Below, piece after piece: positions 1 to 9,643 of a stretch of 64,000 nt of DNA (positions are counted from its first letter, which is position 1; the number at the start of each line of letters is the position of its first letter). Source of the stretch: Coriobacteriia bacterium (GTDB lineage Bacteria; Actinomycetota; Coriobacteriia; Coriobacteriales; QAMH01); NCBI GenBank assembly GCA_003149935.1, contig QAMH01000007.1, positions 92,603 to 156,602 on the forward strand. Reading direction: 5' to 3'. A model generated the notes under the pieces. The model was given only the letters and a program-made list of their open reading frames with translations. It was not told the DNA's origin and searched no databases. The position numbers were made by a program, and so were the translations under genes.

Positions 1-1
1 T

Positions 2-1183
2 ATGCTGGATGACAAGATCACGCTGTGGGATTCGACGAAGGACCCGGGCCGCCCGGACCTTTTCACCTTCGGCGGAGAAAAGCATCCGCTGTACAAGTCC
101 TTCGGTCGCTCCAACGATCCCAACTCCGTCTTCAAGGCCATGATCACCGGCGAGCCGCGCCCCGTGAAGATGTTCGTCGCCGTCGCCGATGACCCGCTGC
201 TGTGCTATGAGGACGCCAACCTGACCTATCAGGCCATGACCAGTCCCAATCTCGACCTCGTCGTGGTGAAGGACTTCTACCTTTCGCCCACGGCCCAGCT
301 GGCTGACATCGTGCTACCCACGGCCGATTGGTCGGAACGCTGCACGTACGATGAAGAACTGGACGGCCCCTTCATCCTCGCTTTTGACCAGGCCGTGCCC
401 GCGCCCGGTGAGTGCAAGGATGACTGGTGGTTCTGGTTGCAATGGGGCAAGCGCATGAATCCCGAGCAATGGCCCTGGAAGGACGAGAAGGAAATGGTCC
501 TCTGGCGCCTCAAGGAGTTCTACGACTTCGACCTCACCTGGGAGGAATTCCAGGGGGTGCCGGTGCGCGTCGTCGGTAACGCCGACCTCACCGCCGAGCC
601 GGTGTACAAGAAGTACGAGAAGGGTATGCTGCGCCCCGACGGTCAGCCGGGATTCCCGACTGTCACGGGCAAGATCGAGTTTTCCTCGCCGACCATGCAG
701 CTGTTCGGATACGACCCGCTGCCAGATTACACCGAGCCGGCCGAGAGCCCCTATTCCACGCCCGAGCTGGCCGAGGAATACCCGCTCATCGGCTCGACGG
801 GGCATCGCGTCTACAGCTTCTTCCATTCCGCGTGGACAAACGTGCCCGCCCAGCGCTACTTCTACCCCGAGCCGTTCGTCGTCATCCATCCGGACGATGC
901 CGCCACCTACAAGGTGACCGATGGCGAGTGGGTGACCATCTCCTCGCCGCGCGGCTCGATCATCTCCAAGGCGCTCGTGTCGCGCGAGGCCAAAAAGGGT
1001 GTCGTGTTCATTCCGCGTCCCGCCTGGCGTGACGAATGCGAGGCGCTGGGGCTGCCCGGCTACGGTTGGGACAAGGCCAACGGTAACGTGCTCGTTCCGT
1101 CTGAGCCTGCCGAGCCTGGCTACGGTGCTACGGCCATGCGTTCTTTCCTCTGCAAGATCGAGCCCGGAAGGGGTGAGCTGTAA
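2..1183 (+). CDS. Molybdopterin (bis-MGD, DMSO-reductase family) oxidoreductase catalytic subunit, C-terminal ~390 aa; 5' end outside window
   Basis: ORF is open to the window edge. Its C-terminal half is collinear by eye with the complete paralog at 12970-15135. TAATG stop/start overlap with the Fe-S gene at 1183. Confidence 0.8.
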   Translation: MLDDKITLWDSTKDPGRPDLFTFGGEKHPLYKSFGRSNDPNSVFKAMITGEPRPVKMFVAVADDPLLCYEDANLTYQAMTSPNLDLVVVKDFYLSPTAQLADIVLPTADWSERCTYDEELDGPFILAFDQAVPAPGECKDDWWFWLQWGKRMNPEQWPWKDEKEMVLWRLKEFYDFDLTWEEFQGVPVRVVGNADLTAEPVYKKYEKGMLRPDGQPGFPTVTGKIEFSSPTMQLFGYDPLPDYTEPAESPYSTPELAEEYPLIGSTGHRVYSFFHSAWTNVPAQRYFYPEPFVVIHPDDAATYKVTDGEWVTISSPRGSIISKALVSREAKKGVVFIPRPAWRDECEALGLPGYGWDKANGNVLVPSEPAEPGYGATAMRSFLCKIEPGRGEL

Positions 1184-1518
1184 TGAGTCGTGTTGATGGT
1201 GGCGGAATCGCCATGCTTTTGGACCTGGACGATTGCATCGGCTGCTACGGCTGCGAGGCGGCGTGCAGGGAGACCCATCGCTATCCCTATCATGAGGACT
1301 GGCTGAAGGTCATTCGTCGCGAGCCGTTCCTGGTGGGCGGGGAGCTGCGACAGTATCACGAGGTCGCGCCTGTGCTGGACAAGTGCAAGGTGTGTTATGA
1401 AGCCGATCCGAATCCGCTGTGCGTGACGGGATGTGCCGCGCAGTGCCTCAAGATTGGTCCGTTCGTCGAGATTGTGAAGGAGGCAGCGGGGCGCCATTGT
1501 GCCATCTACACTGCCTAG
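1183..1518 (+). CDS. Small 4Fe-4S ferredoxin-type subunit partnered with the upstream Mo enzyme
   Basis: CIGCYGCEAAC (CxxCxxCxxxC) plus a second Cys group CKVC...CVTGC. Start overlaps the upstream stop. Confidence 0.8.
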   Translation: MSRVDGGGIAMLLDLDDCIGCYGCEAACRETHRYPYHEDWLKVIRREPFLVGGELRQYHEVAPVLDKCKVCYEADPNPLCVTGCAAQCLKIGPFVEIVKEAAGRHCAIYTA

Positions 1519-1715
1519 GGGGAACTTCGCGTATGCCCGCTGGGGCAGATGAGGAGGCGGGACCATCGGGTTTGCCATAGGCCCGGTGATCCCGCCTTCG
1601 CACGCGTGTCTATCGTGTGACGCGAATAAAAGCCTGCATGCGGCACGCGAAAGCTCTAAGATGGAAGCAGACGGGTTATACTCGTTATGTCGCTCATCGT
1701 TCGAAGGAACATGCC

Positions 1716-2693
1716 ATGTCGAAAATCGTCGTGTCAGATTTCGATCTCGGGGATACTGCGCTCGAGAGGCAAATGGTCGAGGCTGCTGGCATCGAGTTCG
1801 CCGCATTTGGAAACGAGGATGACCGTGCTCCCGAGGCGCTCATCGAGCACCTGCAGGATGCCGATGGCGCCATCACTTCATATGGTGACTATACCGCCGC
1901 GGTGTTCCAGGCGCTGCCCAAGCTCAAGGTCGTGAGCAAGACGGGCACGGGTGTCGACAACATCGACGTGGCTGCGGCCACCAAGAACGGTACTGCGGTT
2001 TGCAATGTTCCCGGCTACGGTACGGAGGTCGTCTCCGATCACGCCATTGCGCTCGCGATGTGCGTGTTGCGTCGCATTAACGAGATGGATGTCGATATGC
2101 GACAGGGCGTGTGGGACTTTCACAAACGCCGCCCGCTCGGGCAGGTGCAGGGGCGCAGCTTCGGCATTGTCGGTTACGGGCATATCGGACGGGCGACGGC
2201 GCGCAAGGCCCGCGGACTTGGCTTTGATGTCATGGTCTGGGACCGCAAGGGCGTGCCGGGGCGTTTCACGCCGGAGGACTTCCCGTACGTGAGTCTGGAT
2301 GACCTTTTTGCACGGGCCGATATCGTGAGCTTTCACACGGCGCTTACGCCCGAGACGCATCATCTGCTCGATGCGAAGCGCATCGCCACCATGAAGCCCG
2401 ACGCCATCGTGATAAACACCTCGCGCGGCGCGGTGGTGGATACCGACGCGCTGGCCGACGCACTTGTTGCCGGCAATCTCTGGGGGGCGGGTATCGACGT
2501 GTTCGAGGAGGAGCCCGTCTCGCCCGATGCGCCCATCTGCAAGGCACCGCACACGGTGCTCACGCCGCATGCCGCCTATTGGTCGGAGGAATCGGCCGTC
2601 CAGCTACGCACACGCTGCACGCAAAACGCCATCGACGTGGTGCTCGGCAAGAAGCCCGAAAGCTGCGTGAATGCCGAGGTGCTCGCGGGCTAA
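1716..2693 (+). CDS. D-isomer-specific 2-hydroxyacid dehydrogenase family protein (NAD-binding)
   Basis: GIVGYGHIGR dinucleotide motif and TPHAAY catalytic-His region. Start moved from ORF-track 1617 to ATG 1716, which sits behind a GAAGGA RBS. Confidence 0.85.
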   Translation: MSKIVVSDFDLGDTALERQMVEAAGIEFAAFGNEDDRAPEALIEHLQDADGAITSYGDYTAAVFQALPKLKVVSKTGTGVDNIDVAAATKNGTAVCNVPGYGTEVVSDHAIALAMCVLRRINEMDVDMRQGVWDFHKRRPLGQVQGRSFGIVGYGHIGRATARKARGLGFDVMVWDRKGVPGRFTPEDFPYVSLDDLFARADIVSFHTALTPETHHLLDAKRIATMKPDAIVINTSRGAVVDTDALADALVAGNLWGAGIDVFEEEPVSPDAPICKAPHTVLTPHAAYWSEESAVQLRTRCTQNAIDVVLGKKPESCVNAEVLAG

Positions 2694-2710
2694 CGGAGTG
2701 GTTTGTCGCG

Positions 2711-5302
2711 TCACAGTAGCGGCTTGAGGTACTTTCCCGTCACGCTGTCCGCACATGTGACGACATGTTCGGGCGTGCCGGCGCAGACGATTTCGCCACC
2801 CGCCTCACCGCCGCCTGGTCCCATGTCGATCACGCAATCGGAGTTCGCGATGAGGTCGAGGTCATGCTCGATGACGATGACCGTCGCGCCCTTCTCGACG
2901 AGTCTCTGCAAGACGCGTAGCAGCACCTCGACGTCTGCCGGATGCAATCCGATGGTGGGCTCGTCGAAGACGAAGAGCGCGTCTGCCTGCTTCTTGTGCA
3001 TCTCGCCGGCGAGCTTGAGGCGCTGCGCCTCGCCACCCGAGAGCGCGGGCGTGGCCTCGCCCAGCGTGAGGTATCCCAGCCCCAGGTCGGAGAGCGTCTG
3101 GAGCTTGGTCTTGGCTTTGGCGATGCTGCCCGTCGCCATGCACAGCAGCTCGTCTACCGTGAGCGCGAGCACATCGGGAAGCGCGAGCTCCTTGGTATCC
3201 GACGACGTTTTCTCATCCGTGCCATCGATGCATGCGTCGACGTTTTCCAGTGGCAGGCGTACCGCGTATGCTTCCTCGCCATAGCGCGAGCCATGGCAAT
3301 CGGGGCAGGGGATGTCCACGTCGGGGAGGAACTGCACGTCAAGCGATATCTGTCCCGTGCCATCGCAGGTGGGGCAACGCAAGCTGCCCGTGTTGTACGA
3401 GAAGGCGCCGGCTTTGAGCTTGCGCTCCTTGGCCGCAGGCGCGGATGCGAAGGCGCGGCGCAGGTCGTCCATGATGCCGGAGTAGGTCGCCACCGTCGAG
3501 CGAACGTTTGCGCCGATGGGCGTTGCGTCGATAAGATGCACGCGCTTGATGTCGCCTGCATCGACCTCGTGCACGTGAGCGGGTAACTTGTTGCCGTCAA
3601 GCATGGCCCGCAAAGCCGGAATCAGGCTCTCGAGGATGAGCGTAGTCTTGCCCGATCCCGAGACGCCGGTGATGGCCGTCATGCGCCCAACGGGAATGCG
3701 CACGCTGAGTGACTTCACGGTATGCAGCGGGCCGGTCTCCAGCTCGATGGCCCCGTTATCGAACATGTCCTCGTCATTTGCACGCTTGCGCACATGTACG
3801 CTTTTCGCGCCTGAAAGATACGGGCCGATGCGTGATGCGGGATCATTCTCGACGTGCTTGACCGTGCCCTGGGCGATGACGCGGCCGCCATCAGAGCCGG
3901 AGCCGGGGCCGATCTCCACGAGGTAATCGGCATTTCTGAGCACGCGCAGGTCATGGTCGACGACCACGACCGAGTTGCCATCACCCATGAGGTCGTCGAT
4001 GACGCCGAGCAAGCCCTCGACATTCGATGGGTGCAGGCCGATGGAGGGCTCATCGAGCACGTAGAGCACGCCGGTGGTACGCGTGCGCACGGCACGCGCG
4101 AGCTGGACGCGCTGCAGCTCGCCGTTGGAGAGCGTGGAGCCGGCGCGGTCGAGACTCAGGTAGCCAAGCCCCAGTTGCCGCAGGCGCTGCATGGGCTCGC
4201 GCAGCTCGGAGATGATGGACGTGGCCATGGGACGCATCTCCTCGGGCAGCTTGCCTGGCAGGGCCGGCACCCAATCCGCGAGCTCGTCGAGCGTCTGCGC
4301 GGTCGCCTGCGCCAGGTTCATGCCGTCCAGAAGGCTCGAGCGTGCCTTGGCTGACAGACGCGTGCCGTGGCAATCGGGGCAGGTGCCCTGCTTGAGGAAG
4401 CGCGACACGCGGGCAAGCCCCTTCTCGTCCTTCACCTTGGCAAGCGCGTTTTTCACGGTGTTGACGGCACTGTAGTACGTGAAGTCGAGCTCGGTGGCGT
4501 GGTCCTTGTTCTTGGGCACGTAGAGGATGTGGCGCTTTTCCATGGGGCCATGCAGCACGATGTCCTTCTCGTGATCGGTGAGGTCACGGTATGGCACGTC
4601 GATGCGCACGCCCATCTCCTTGGCGACTTGCGGCATGAGCGACCACATGAGCTGACGCCACGGTGCGACCGCCCCCTCCTCGAGCGTGAGCGAGTCATCC
4701 GAGATGAGCGTGGACTCGTCGATTTCGCGCACGACGCCCGTGCCGCCGCAGGTGGGGCAGGCGCCCGCGCTGTTGAAGGCGAGGTCCTCGGCGCTGGGAC
4801 CGTAGAACTTCACATGGCAGACGGGACACTCGATGGGCTTCTCGGCGGCGACGTTGAGGCTGGGCGGCACGTGATGGCCGTTCGGGCACTCATGGCTACC
4901 CAGGCGTGAGAACATGAGACGTAGGTAGTTCAGCAGCTCGGTGGAGGTGCCGAAGGTGGAATGCACGCCAGGCACGGCCGGGCGCTGGCGCAGCGCGATG
5001 GCAGCCGGTACGTGCAGCACCTCGTCAACTTGGGCGCGTGTCGTCTGGCCGATGCGGCGGCGTGTGTAGGTGGAGAGCGCTTCCAGGTAGCGGCGGCTTC
5101 CCTCCGCATACAGCACGCCCAACGCAAGCGAGCTCTTGCCGGACCCGGAAACGCCGGCGATGCCGACCATCTGATGCAGTGGGATGTCGACGTTGATGTC
5201 CTTCAGGTTGTGGACGCGTGCGCCGCGCACCTCGATATCCGCCGGCTCGCGAAAGACGAGCCCGCCAACCTTGCACCTCGCCTCTTCGTTTGTGTTCGTC
5301 AT
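2711..5302 (-). CDS. UvrA-family double-ABC ATPase, paralog type (shorter than canonical UvrA)
   Basis: Walker A GVSGSGKSS and GVSGSGKTT; signatures LSNGELQRV and LSGGEAQRL; Walker B DEPSIGLH and DEPTIGLH; CxxC zinc modules (CPVC, CPTC, CPDCHG twice). It is 863 aa, and the region where the UvrB-binding domain normally sits looks absent by eye. Confidence 0.85.
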   Translation of the reverse strand: MTNTNEEARCKVGGLVFREPADIEVRGARVHNLKDINVDIPLHQMVGIAGVSGSGKSSLALGVLYAEGSRRYLEALSTYTRRRIGQTTRAQVDEVLHVPAAIALRQRPAVPGVHSTFGTSTELLNYLRLMFSRLGSHECPNGHHVPPSLNVAAEKPIECPVCHVKFYGPSAEDLAFNSAGACPTCGGTGVVREIDESTLISDDSLTLEEGAVAPWRQLMWSLMPQVAKEMGVRIDVPYRDLTDHEKDIVLHGPMEKRHILYVPKNKDHATELDFTYYSAVNTVKNALAKVKDEKGLARVSRFLKQGTCPDCHGTRLSAKARSSLLDGMNLAQATAQTLDELADWVPALPGKLPEEMRPMATSIISELREPMQRLRQLGLGYLSLDRAGSTLSNGELQRVQLARAVRTRTTGVLYVLDEPSIGLHPSNVEGLLGVIDDLMGDGNSVVVVDHDLRVLRNADYLVEIGPGSGSDGGRVIAQGTVKHVENDPASRIGPYLSGAKSVHVRKRANDEDMFDNGAIELETGPLHTVKSLSVRIPVGRMTAITGVSGSGKTTLILESLIPALRAMLDGNKLPAHVHEVDAGDIKRVHLIDATPIGANVRSTVATYSGIMDDLRRAFASAPAAKERKLKAGAFSYNTGSLRCPTCDGTGQISLDVQFLPDVDIPCPDCHGSRYGEEAYAVRLPLENVDACIDGTDEKTSSDTKELALPDVLALTVDELLCMATGSIAKAKTKLQTLSDLGLGYLTLGEATPALSGGEAQRLKLAGEMHKKQADALFVFDEPTIGLHPADVEVLLRVLQRLVEKGATVIVIEHDLDLIANSDCVIDMGPGGGEAGGEIVCAGTPEHVVTCADSVTGKYLKPLL

Positions 5303-5371
5303 AGTGGTCCCTCGGATAAGTCAAATACACGGGGTATTTGTTTTATTTTACCGCCAACGCTACATTTCCTC

Positions 5372-5402
5372 TTGACCTTCACGCAACGTCAAAGCGCAGG
5401 AT
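5372..5402 (+). promoter_or_regulatory. Candidate MerR-type promoter with a 19-nt spacer
   Basis: TTGACC (5372-5377), then a 19-nt spacer carrying a TTGAC/GTCAA dyad, then CAGGAT (5397-5402). It lies 40 nt upstream of the MerR-family gene. A 19-bp spacer is the MerR-family hallmark. Confidence 0.4.
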
Positions 5403-5442
5403 GCCTCTCGAAGATGCGTTTGGACCGCGATAGAGGAAGGAA

Positions 5443-6207
5443 ATGTCCATGCACATGACCATCGGCCAGATGGCACGGGAAGCCGGGGTGAGCACGCGAA
5501 CGCTGCGGCATTACGAGGAGCAAGGGCTGCTCGCTCCGCAGCGTACCGATGCGGGTTATCGCGTCTATGGCGATGCGGATGCCCGGCAGCTCGCGTGGGT
5601 GCTCGCCTTGCGCGCATGCAATGTGCCGCTTCCCACCATCCGCCGCCTCATCAATGCCCCAGATGAGGACCTCGCCAGCGCCCTCCGCGCGCATCTTCGT
5701 TCCCTCGAGGAGCAGGGAACCTCATTGGATGCGGCAATCGCGAGGACGAGAGCCGCGTTGGCAACCGTAGAGAGGATGGAAGACATGTCGACGAAAGACG
5801 CCTTCGAGATGATGAAGGAGCAGGGTCTGCGTGATTTCGAGCAAGAGTTTGGCGAGGAAGCGCGTAGCCTGTACGGTGATGAGGCCATCGATGCGAGCAA
5901 CGTGCGCATGATGGCACTCACCAAGGACGAGTGGGATGCGAAGGAGCTGCTGGAAGAGAGCATCAAGGTGCAGTTGCGCATCGCCATGGCAACCGACGAT
6001 CCCGCGAGCGACGCGGCCCAGGAGCTCGTGCGCATGCACAAGCGCTGGATCGACCTGCACTGGGGCGAGGGCTATGACCCGGAGCAATACTTCGCGCTCG
6101 CAGAGGGCTACCTGGCCGATCCGCGCTTCGTGAAGTACTACGATTCCGCCGCGGGCGAGGGTGCTACCGAGTTTCTGGTGAAGGCGGTACGCGCCTCGAG
6201 GAGATAG
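5443..6207 (+). CDS. MerR-family regulator with TipAS-like C-terminal effector domain (TipAL-like)
   Basis: N-terminal HTH IGQMAREAGVSTRTLRHYEEQGLL. Long C-terminal domain (...HWGEGYDPEQYFALAEGYLADPRFVKYYD). Divergent from the UvrA paralog. Confidence 0.85.
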   Translation: MSMHMTIGQMAREAGVSTRTLRHYEEQGLLAPQRTDAGYRVYGDADARQLAWVLALRACNVPLPTIRRLINAPDEDLASALRAHLRSLEEQGTSLDAAIARTRAALATVERMEDMSTKDAFEMMKEQGLRDFEQEFGEEARSLYGDEAIDASNVRMMALTKDEWDAKELLEESIKVQLRIAMATDDPASDAAQELVRMHKRWIDLHWGEGYDPEQYFALAEGYLADPRFVKYYDSAAGEGATEFLVKAVRASRR

Positions 6208-6402
6208 AGGTGGACGAGGGCCAACGCATTGCTCGCCTGGTCGGCTTCCGTCGTGGGATGAGACAGCGCCTCTGGGCATTTGTCTCATTCGCCCCTCAAA
6301 AATGCGGGGTCGTACCCGCAGAATCCCTGTGGTGTGACGGCTATCAGCATGCTTCGGGCGCACCCTAGAATCTTCTCATCATCCGATTCGAGGGAGGTTC
6401 CC

Positions 6403-6618
6403 ATGGGTTATTCGATTGACGATAAGGTCAAGGTGCTGAAGAAGTCTCCGGCTGCTTGCGCGGTCATCACCGAGTATTCGCCCGGATTCGAGACGGATCC
6501 GCAGATGAAGCTCGTCGGCGGTCTGACCTTCCGCAAGCTCGCCTCGTTCCCGCAGGCCGGTCTGACCGAGGAGCAGGTTGCCGAGATTGACGAGAAGCTG
6601 AAGGCTATCGAGGAATAG
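6403..6618 (+). CDS. Small hypothetical protein (71 aa)
   Basis: ATG 6403 sits behind a strong RBS AGGGAGG (6391-6397). No motif recognised. The ORF-track start at 6280 lacks an RBS. Confidence 0.5.
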   Translation: MGYSIDDKVKVLKKSPAACAVITEYSPGFETDPQMKLVGGLTFRKLASFPQAGLTEEQVAEIDEKLKAIEE

Positions 6619-6641
6619 AGCAGGCAAGAACAAGCCGGTGC

Positions 6642-6676
6642 GAGGGGGCTGCCACGAGGCGGTCCCCTTCGTTTTG
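6642..6676. terminator. Bidirectional rho-independent terminator between convergent genes
   Basis: About 12-bp GC-rich stem (6642-6653 pairing with 6658-6669) with an ACGA tetraloop, followed by CGTTTTGG on the plus strand. It sits between the stop at 6616 and the stop at 6678. Confidence 0.6.
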
Positions 6677-6677
6677 G

Positions 6678-8177
6678 CTAGCTGCCCATGGCATCGTAAA
6701 TCTGCTGGGCCTTGAGCAGGATCTCGATGCGCAGGCGCTCGTCGGGATTCTTGAGGTCGCATCCCAGCTCGCGCTCGATGCGCCCGATGCGGTCGAGCAG
6801 CGTGCTGCGGTGGATGAACAGGGCCTTTGCGGTCTTGGCTATGCTCATGCTATTTGCCAGGTAGCAGCGAAGCGTCTCGATGTAGCTCACGTTCGCCTCG
6901 CGGTCGTGCTCGACGAGGCGCTTCATGCCATCGGTGAAGTACATCTCGAGCGGGAGGTCGCCGATGGCGTTGAGCACGAGCTTCATGAACGCGTAGTCCT
7001 GGAAGACGTAGCAGCGCGAGTCCTGCGTCTTGAACTCCGACCCCACGAGCGCGGCAAATGCCTGGTCGTAGTACAGGCGTACCTTGAGCAGGTCCGTGAA
7101 CGCGTCGCTGATGCCGACGGTTACGCCCACTGCCTCGACGAACTCCTCCAGGTCGGCCTTCAGGCGCTCGAGATAGCCCCCATCCTCATCGCACAGGTCA
7201 TCGACGCAGATGAGGCCGACGATGGACGCGCCGTGCGCAAAGGCAATGCTGTGGGGAAAGACGCTTTCCATCTCGGAGCAGATGTAGCCGTACGGAAGCG
7301 AGGCGAGATCCTTCGACAGAACCATCTTCACGCAGACGTAGCGGCGCTTCCCGCCAAGCTTTTCGAGCCGCGAGCGTTGGGCCTGGTCAATCGTCACGCA
7401 ATCCACGAGGTCGGCTATGACGTTGCGGAAGGCTCCGAAGTCTCCGCTTTCCGACGGAGGCAGCTGGCGCATCGCGAGGCTTATCGCGTCAGCGATGTAG
7501 GAGATCATGACGCCATCGCTTGGCAGGCGCCGGCGCCCCGCGTAGTCAAAGGTCACGCTTCCGGCGTATTCCTCGCCGACGAAGATGTTCTGGCACAGGT
7601 AGCTGCCATCGAGAATGGTCATGGAGATCGGGTCGTGCCTCTGCATTGCAAGGTCTTCGCTTGCCAAGAAGGTGCTGAGGTTCGCGAGGTCGAGGTAGGT
7701 GCCCGCCTGGTTTTCGGTCGCCGCCAGGACCCCGAAGTACTCGTCGAGGACGAGGATGTCGGTTCCGAGCACGGGCGCCGCGACATCTACGATTCGCTGG
7801 ATGCCGGCCGTGGTGTTGATGATGTTTGCTATCTCGGCATCGAGCGTCTCGTAGCGATTGTAGATGTCTTGCACGAGGTTGAACACGTTGAAGATGTCCG
7901 TGTCGTCGGTGACGTGGATGATGCAGCATCGGTTCTTGTAGAACGAGAGCTGCATGGTGTCGCCCACGACGACCAGCACCGCACCGGGGCGCACCGACGA
8001 GCGCATCGGTAGCTTGTCGGCGCGGATGATGTAGAGCGTGTCCTTCTCGAAGATCTGGCCGTTGCCGGTGTAGAAGCGTGGGCGACTGAGATGCAGCCCG
8101 CTCTCCTTGCGACCGAGCATCTCGACGGAGATGTGATCATTCAGGTTGTCGAAAACGATATCGGCGTTGAGCTTCAT
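6678..8177 (-). CDS. PucR/CdaR-family transcriptional regulator
   Basis: C-terminal PucR-type HTH (SIAKTAKALFIHRSTLLDRIGRIERELG) and a long N-terminal sensor-like region. Divergent from the operon starting at 8432. Confidence 0.85.
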   Translation of the reverse strand: MKLNADIVFDNLNDHISVEMLGRKESGLHLSRPRFYTGNGQIFEKDTLYIIRADKLPMRSSVRPGAVLVVVGDTMQLSFYKNRCCIIHVTDDTDIFNVFNLVQDIYNRYETLDAEIANIINTTAGIQRIVDVAAPVLGTDILVLDEYFGVLAATENQAGTYLDLANLSTFLASEDLAMQRHDPISMTILDGSYLCQNIFVGEEYAGSVTFDYAGRRRLPSDGVMISYIADAISLAMRQLPPSESGDFGAFRNVIADLVDCVTIDQAQRSRLEKLGGKRRYVCVKMVLSKDLASLPYGYICSEMESVFPHSIAFAHGASIVGLICVDDLCDEDGGYLERLKADLEEFVEAVGVTVGISDAFTDLLKVRLYYDQAFAALVGSEFKTQDSRCYVFQDYAFMKLVLNAIGDLPLEMYFTDGMKRLVEHDREANVSYIETLRCYLANSMSIAKTAKALFIHRSTLLDRIGRIERELGCDLKNPDERLRIEILLKAQQIYDAMGS

Positions 8178-8273
8178 GCTGCCGTCCCTAGAAAGGCGCC
8201 CCGTACCATACGTATCTTGCCCCGCGTGGATGCGCGATTCAACCCTAAAAGCCGTTCATAAAATAGGTGATAA

Positions 8274-8292
8274 CACCTACAGATTGTAGGTG
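8274..8292. promoter_or_regulatory. Candidate operator palindrome in the PucR/operon divergent intergenic region
   Basis: CACCTACA-GAT-TGTAGGTG, perfect 8-bp arms, inside the 254-bp divergent region 8178-8431. Confidence 0.35.
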
Positions 8293-8431
8293 CTCTATGT
8301 GATGCTCCGTGCCATTGAAACGCCTTGCCTGATGGGTGCCAAACCTCCGCTTTGTAGAATACAGCGCGGCCACTTTGCTCCGTAGTATCTGTTCCAAGCG
8401 CGGTTTTCCATCCCGAGAGAAGGAGGATACT

Positions 8432-9631
8432 ATGGCATTGCACGACAAGCTCGACTCCCACAAGGCAGTCGAGACGGTATGGGGCAAGCTCATCCCCGAG
8501 AAGGACGCGTATCGGTACGCCGTCCGCGAAATCGCGGCATTCTGCTCGAACATCTTCCAGGTCATGCGCATTCTCGAACCAGACTTCGATACGTGCACCG
8601 AGGCGATCTGCGAGATGTCCTACAACCTGAACATGGGCGTGTCCGGCGAGGAGTACCTCAACACGTTCTACGACGACTGGAACATCCCCGAGTTTTGCGA
8701 GAAGAGCGCCTGGCTCGGGGCCATCTTCGGTGACTACGGCGACGAGGCCGAGAACATGGCCGGTCGCGTCATCCAGTTCACGAAGGACAGGGTCGAGAAG
8801 GAGCTCGATACCTGCCCGTGGGATATCGTCGGTGCCGAGCTGTGCAACATGACGACGGCGATGTTCACCGCGAACTTCGACCTCGCCAACGGGGGCGAGA
8901 ACGACGTGTCGCTCAACATGTGCGAGGCCCGCGGCTGCGGTGACCGCCATTGCCGCGTCGTCGCCGAGCGTCGCTCCGCCTTCGGACTGCCCAAGCAGGG
9001 ATTCCTCGATCACATGGGCACGCCGGTCATGCCGGTTCATGACACGCCCGAGGAGCGCACGGTCAAGGATGGCCAGATCCTGCGCAATGGACAGTACTCC
9101 AACGCCTTTGGCGAGGAACACAGCCTGGAATACGACTACCGATGGTTGTGCGAGTTTGGCTGGGCGTGGTGCGTCGCCTTCCCGCTCGCCGTCATCCGCG
9201 ACCTTCCCGATGACGAGGAGGAGTTCCTCCGCATCTTCCGCATCGTCTTCTCGACGGCGGGCAAGAACCTGTTCATGGAGCCGTTCACCAAGCGCGCCGT
9301 GCGCGACTGGCTCGGTGTCCCGGATTCCATCGGCGAGAACGACCCGCGCATCATGGGCGCCTACATCAAGACGCTCATGGATTGCCAGCTCGTGCCCAGC
9401 GAGTTCGATGCCTTCACCAAGGACGAGGTCCGCATCAAGGTCAAGACCGACGACTTCAACGGGCGTTTCGAGATGGCGCCGATGGACGAGCTCGCAATCG
9501 GTTACGAGGCCTTGTGGCACAACGCCGTAAAGACGCTGGTGAGCGCCGAGTGGTCGTGCTGGTTCGAGGGCATGGACGACGAGGACATGACCATCGTCGT
9601 CGCCCGCAAGATCGACAAGCACATGATTTAG
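8432..9631 (+). CDS. Cys-rich protein of unknown function (399 aa), possible metal-binding
   Basis: ATG 8432 sits behind an AGGAGG RBS (the ORF-track start at 8336 is upstream). The segment CPWDIVGAELC...MCEARGCGDRHCRV recalls, from memory, the ATC-hydrolase-like Cys-motif family. Family assignment is low confidence. Confidence 0.6.
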   Translation: MALHDKLDSHKAVETVWGKLIPEKDAYRYAVREIAAFCSNIFQVMRILEPDFDTCTEAICEMSYNLNMGVSGEEYLNTFYDDWNIPEFCEKSAWLGAIFGDYGDEAENMAGRVIQFTKDRVEKELDTCPWDIVGAELCNMTTAMFTANFDLANGGENDVSLNMCEARGCGDRHCRVVAERRSAFGLPKQGFLDHMGTPVMPVHDTPEERTVKDGQILRNGQYSNAFGEEHSLEYDYRWLCEFGWAWCVAFPLAVIRDLPDDEEEFLRIFRIVFSTAGKNLFMEPFTKRAVRDWLGVPDSIGENDPRIMGAYIKTLMDCQLVPSEFDAFTKDEVRIKVKTDDFNGRFEMAPMDELAIGYEALWHNAVKTLVSAEWSCWFEGMDDEDMTIVVARKIDKHMI

Positions 9632-9643
9632 GAGGTTGCGGAG

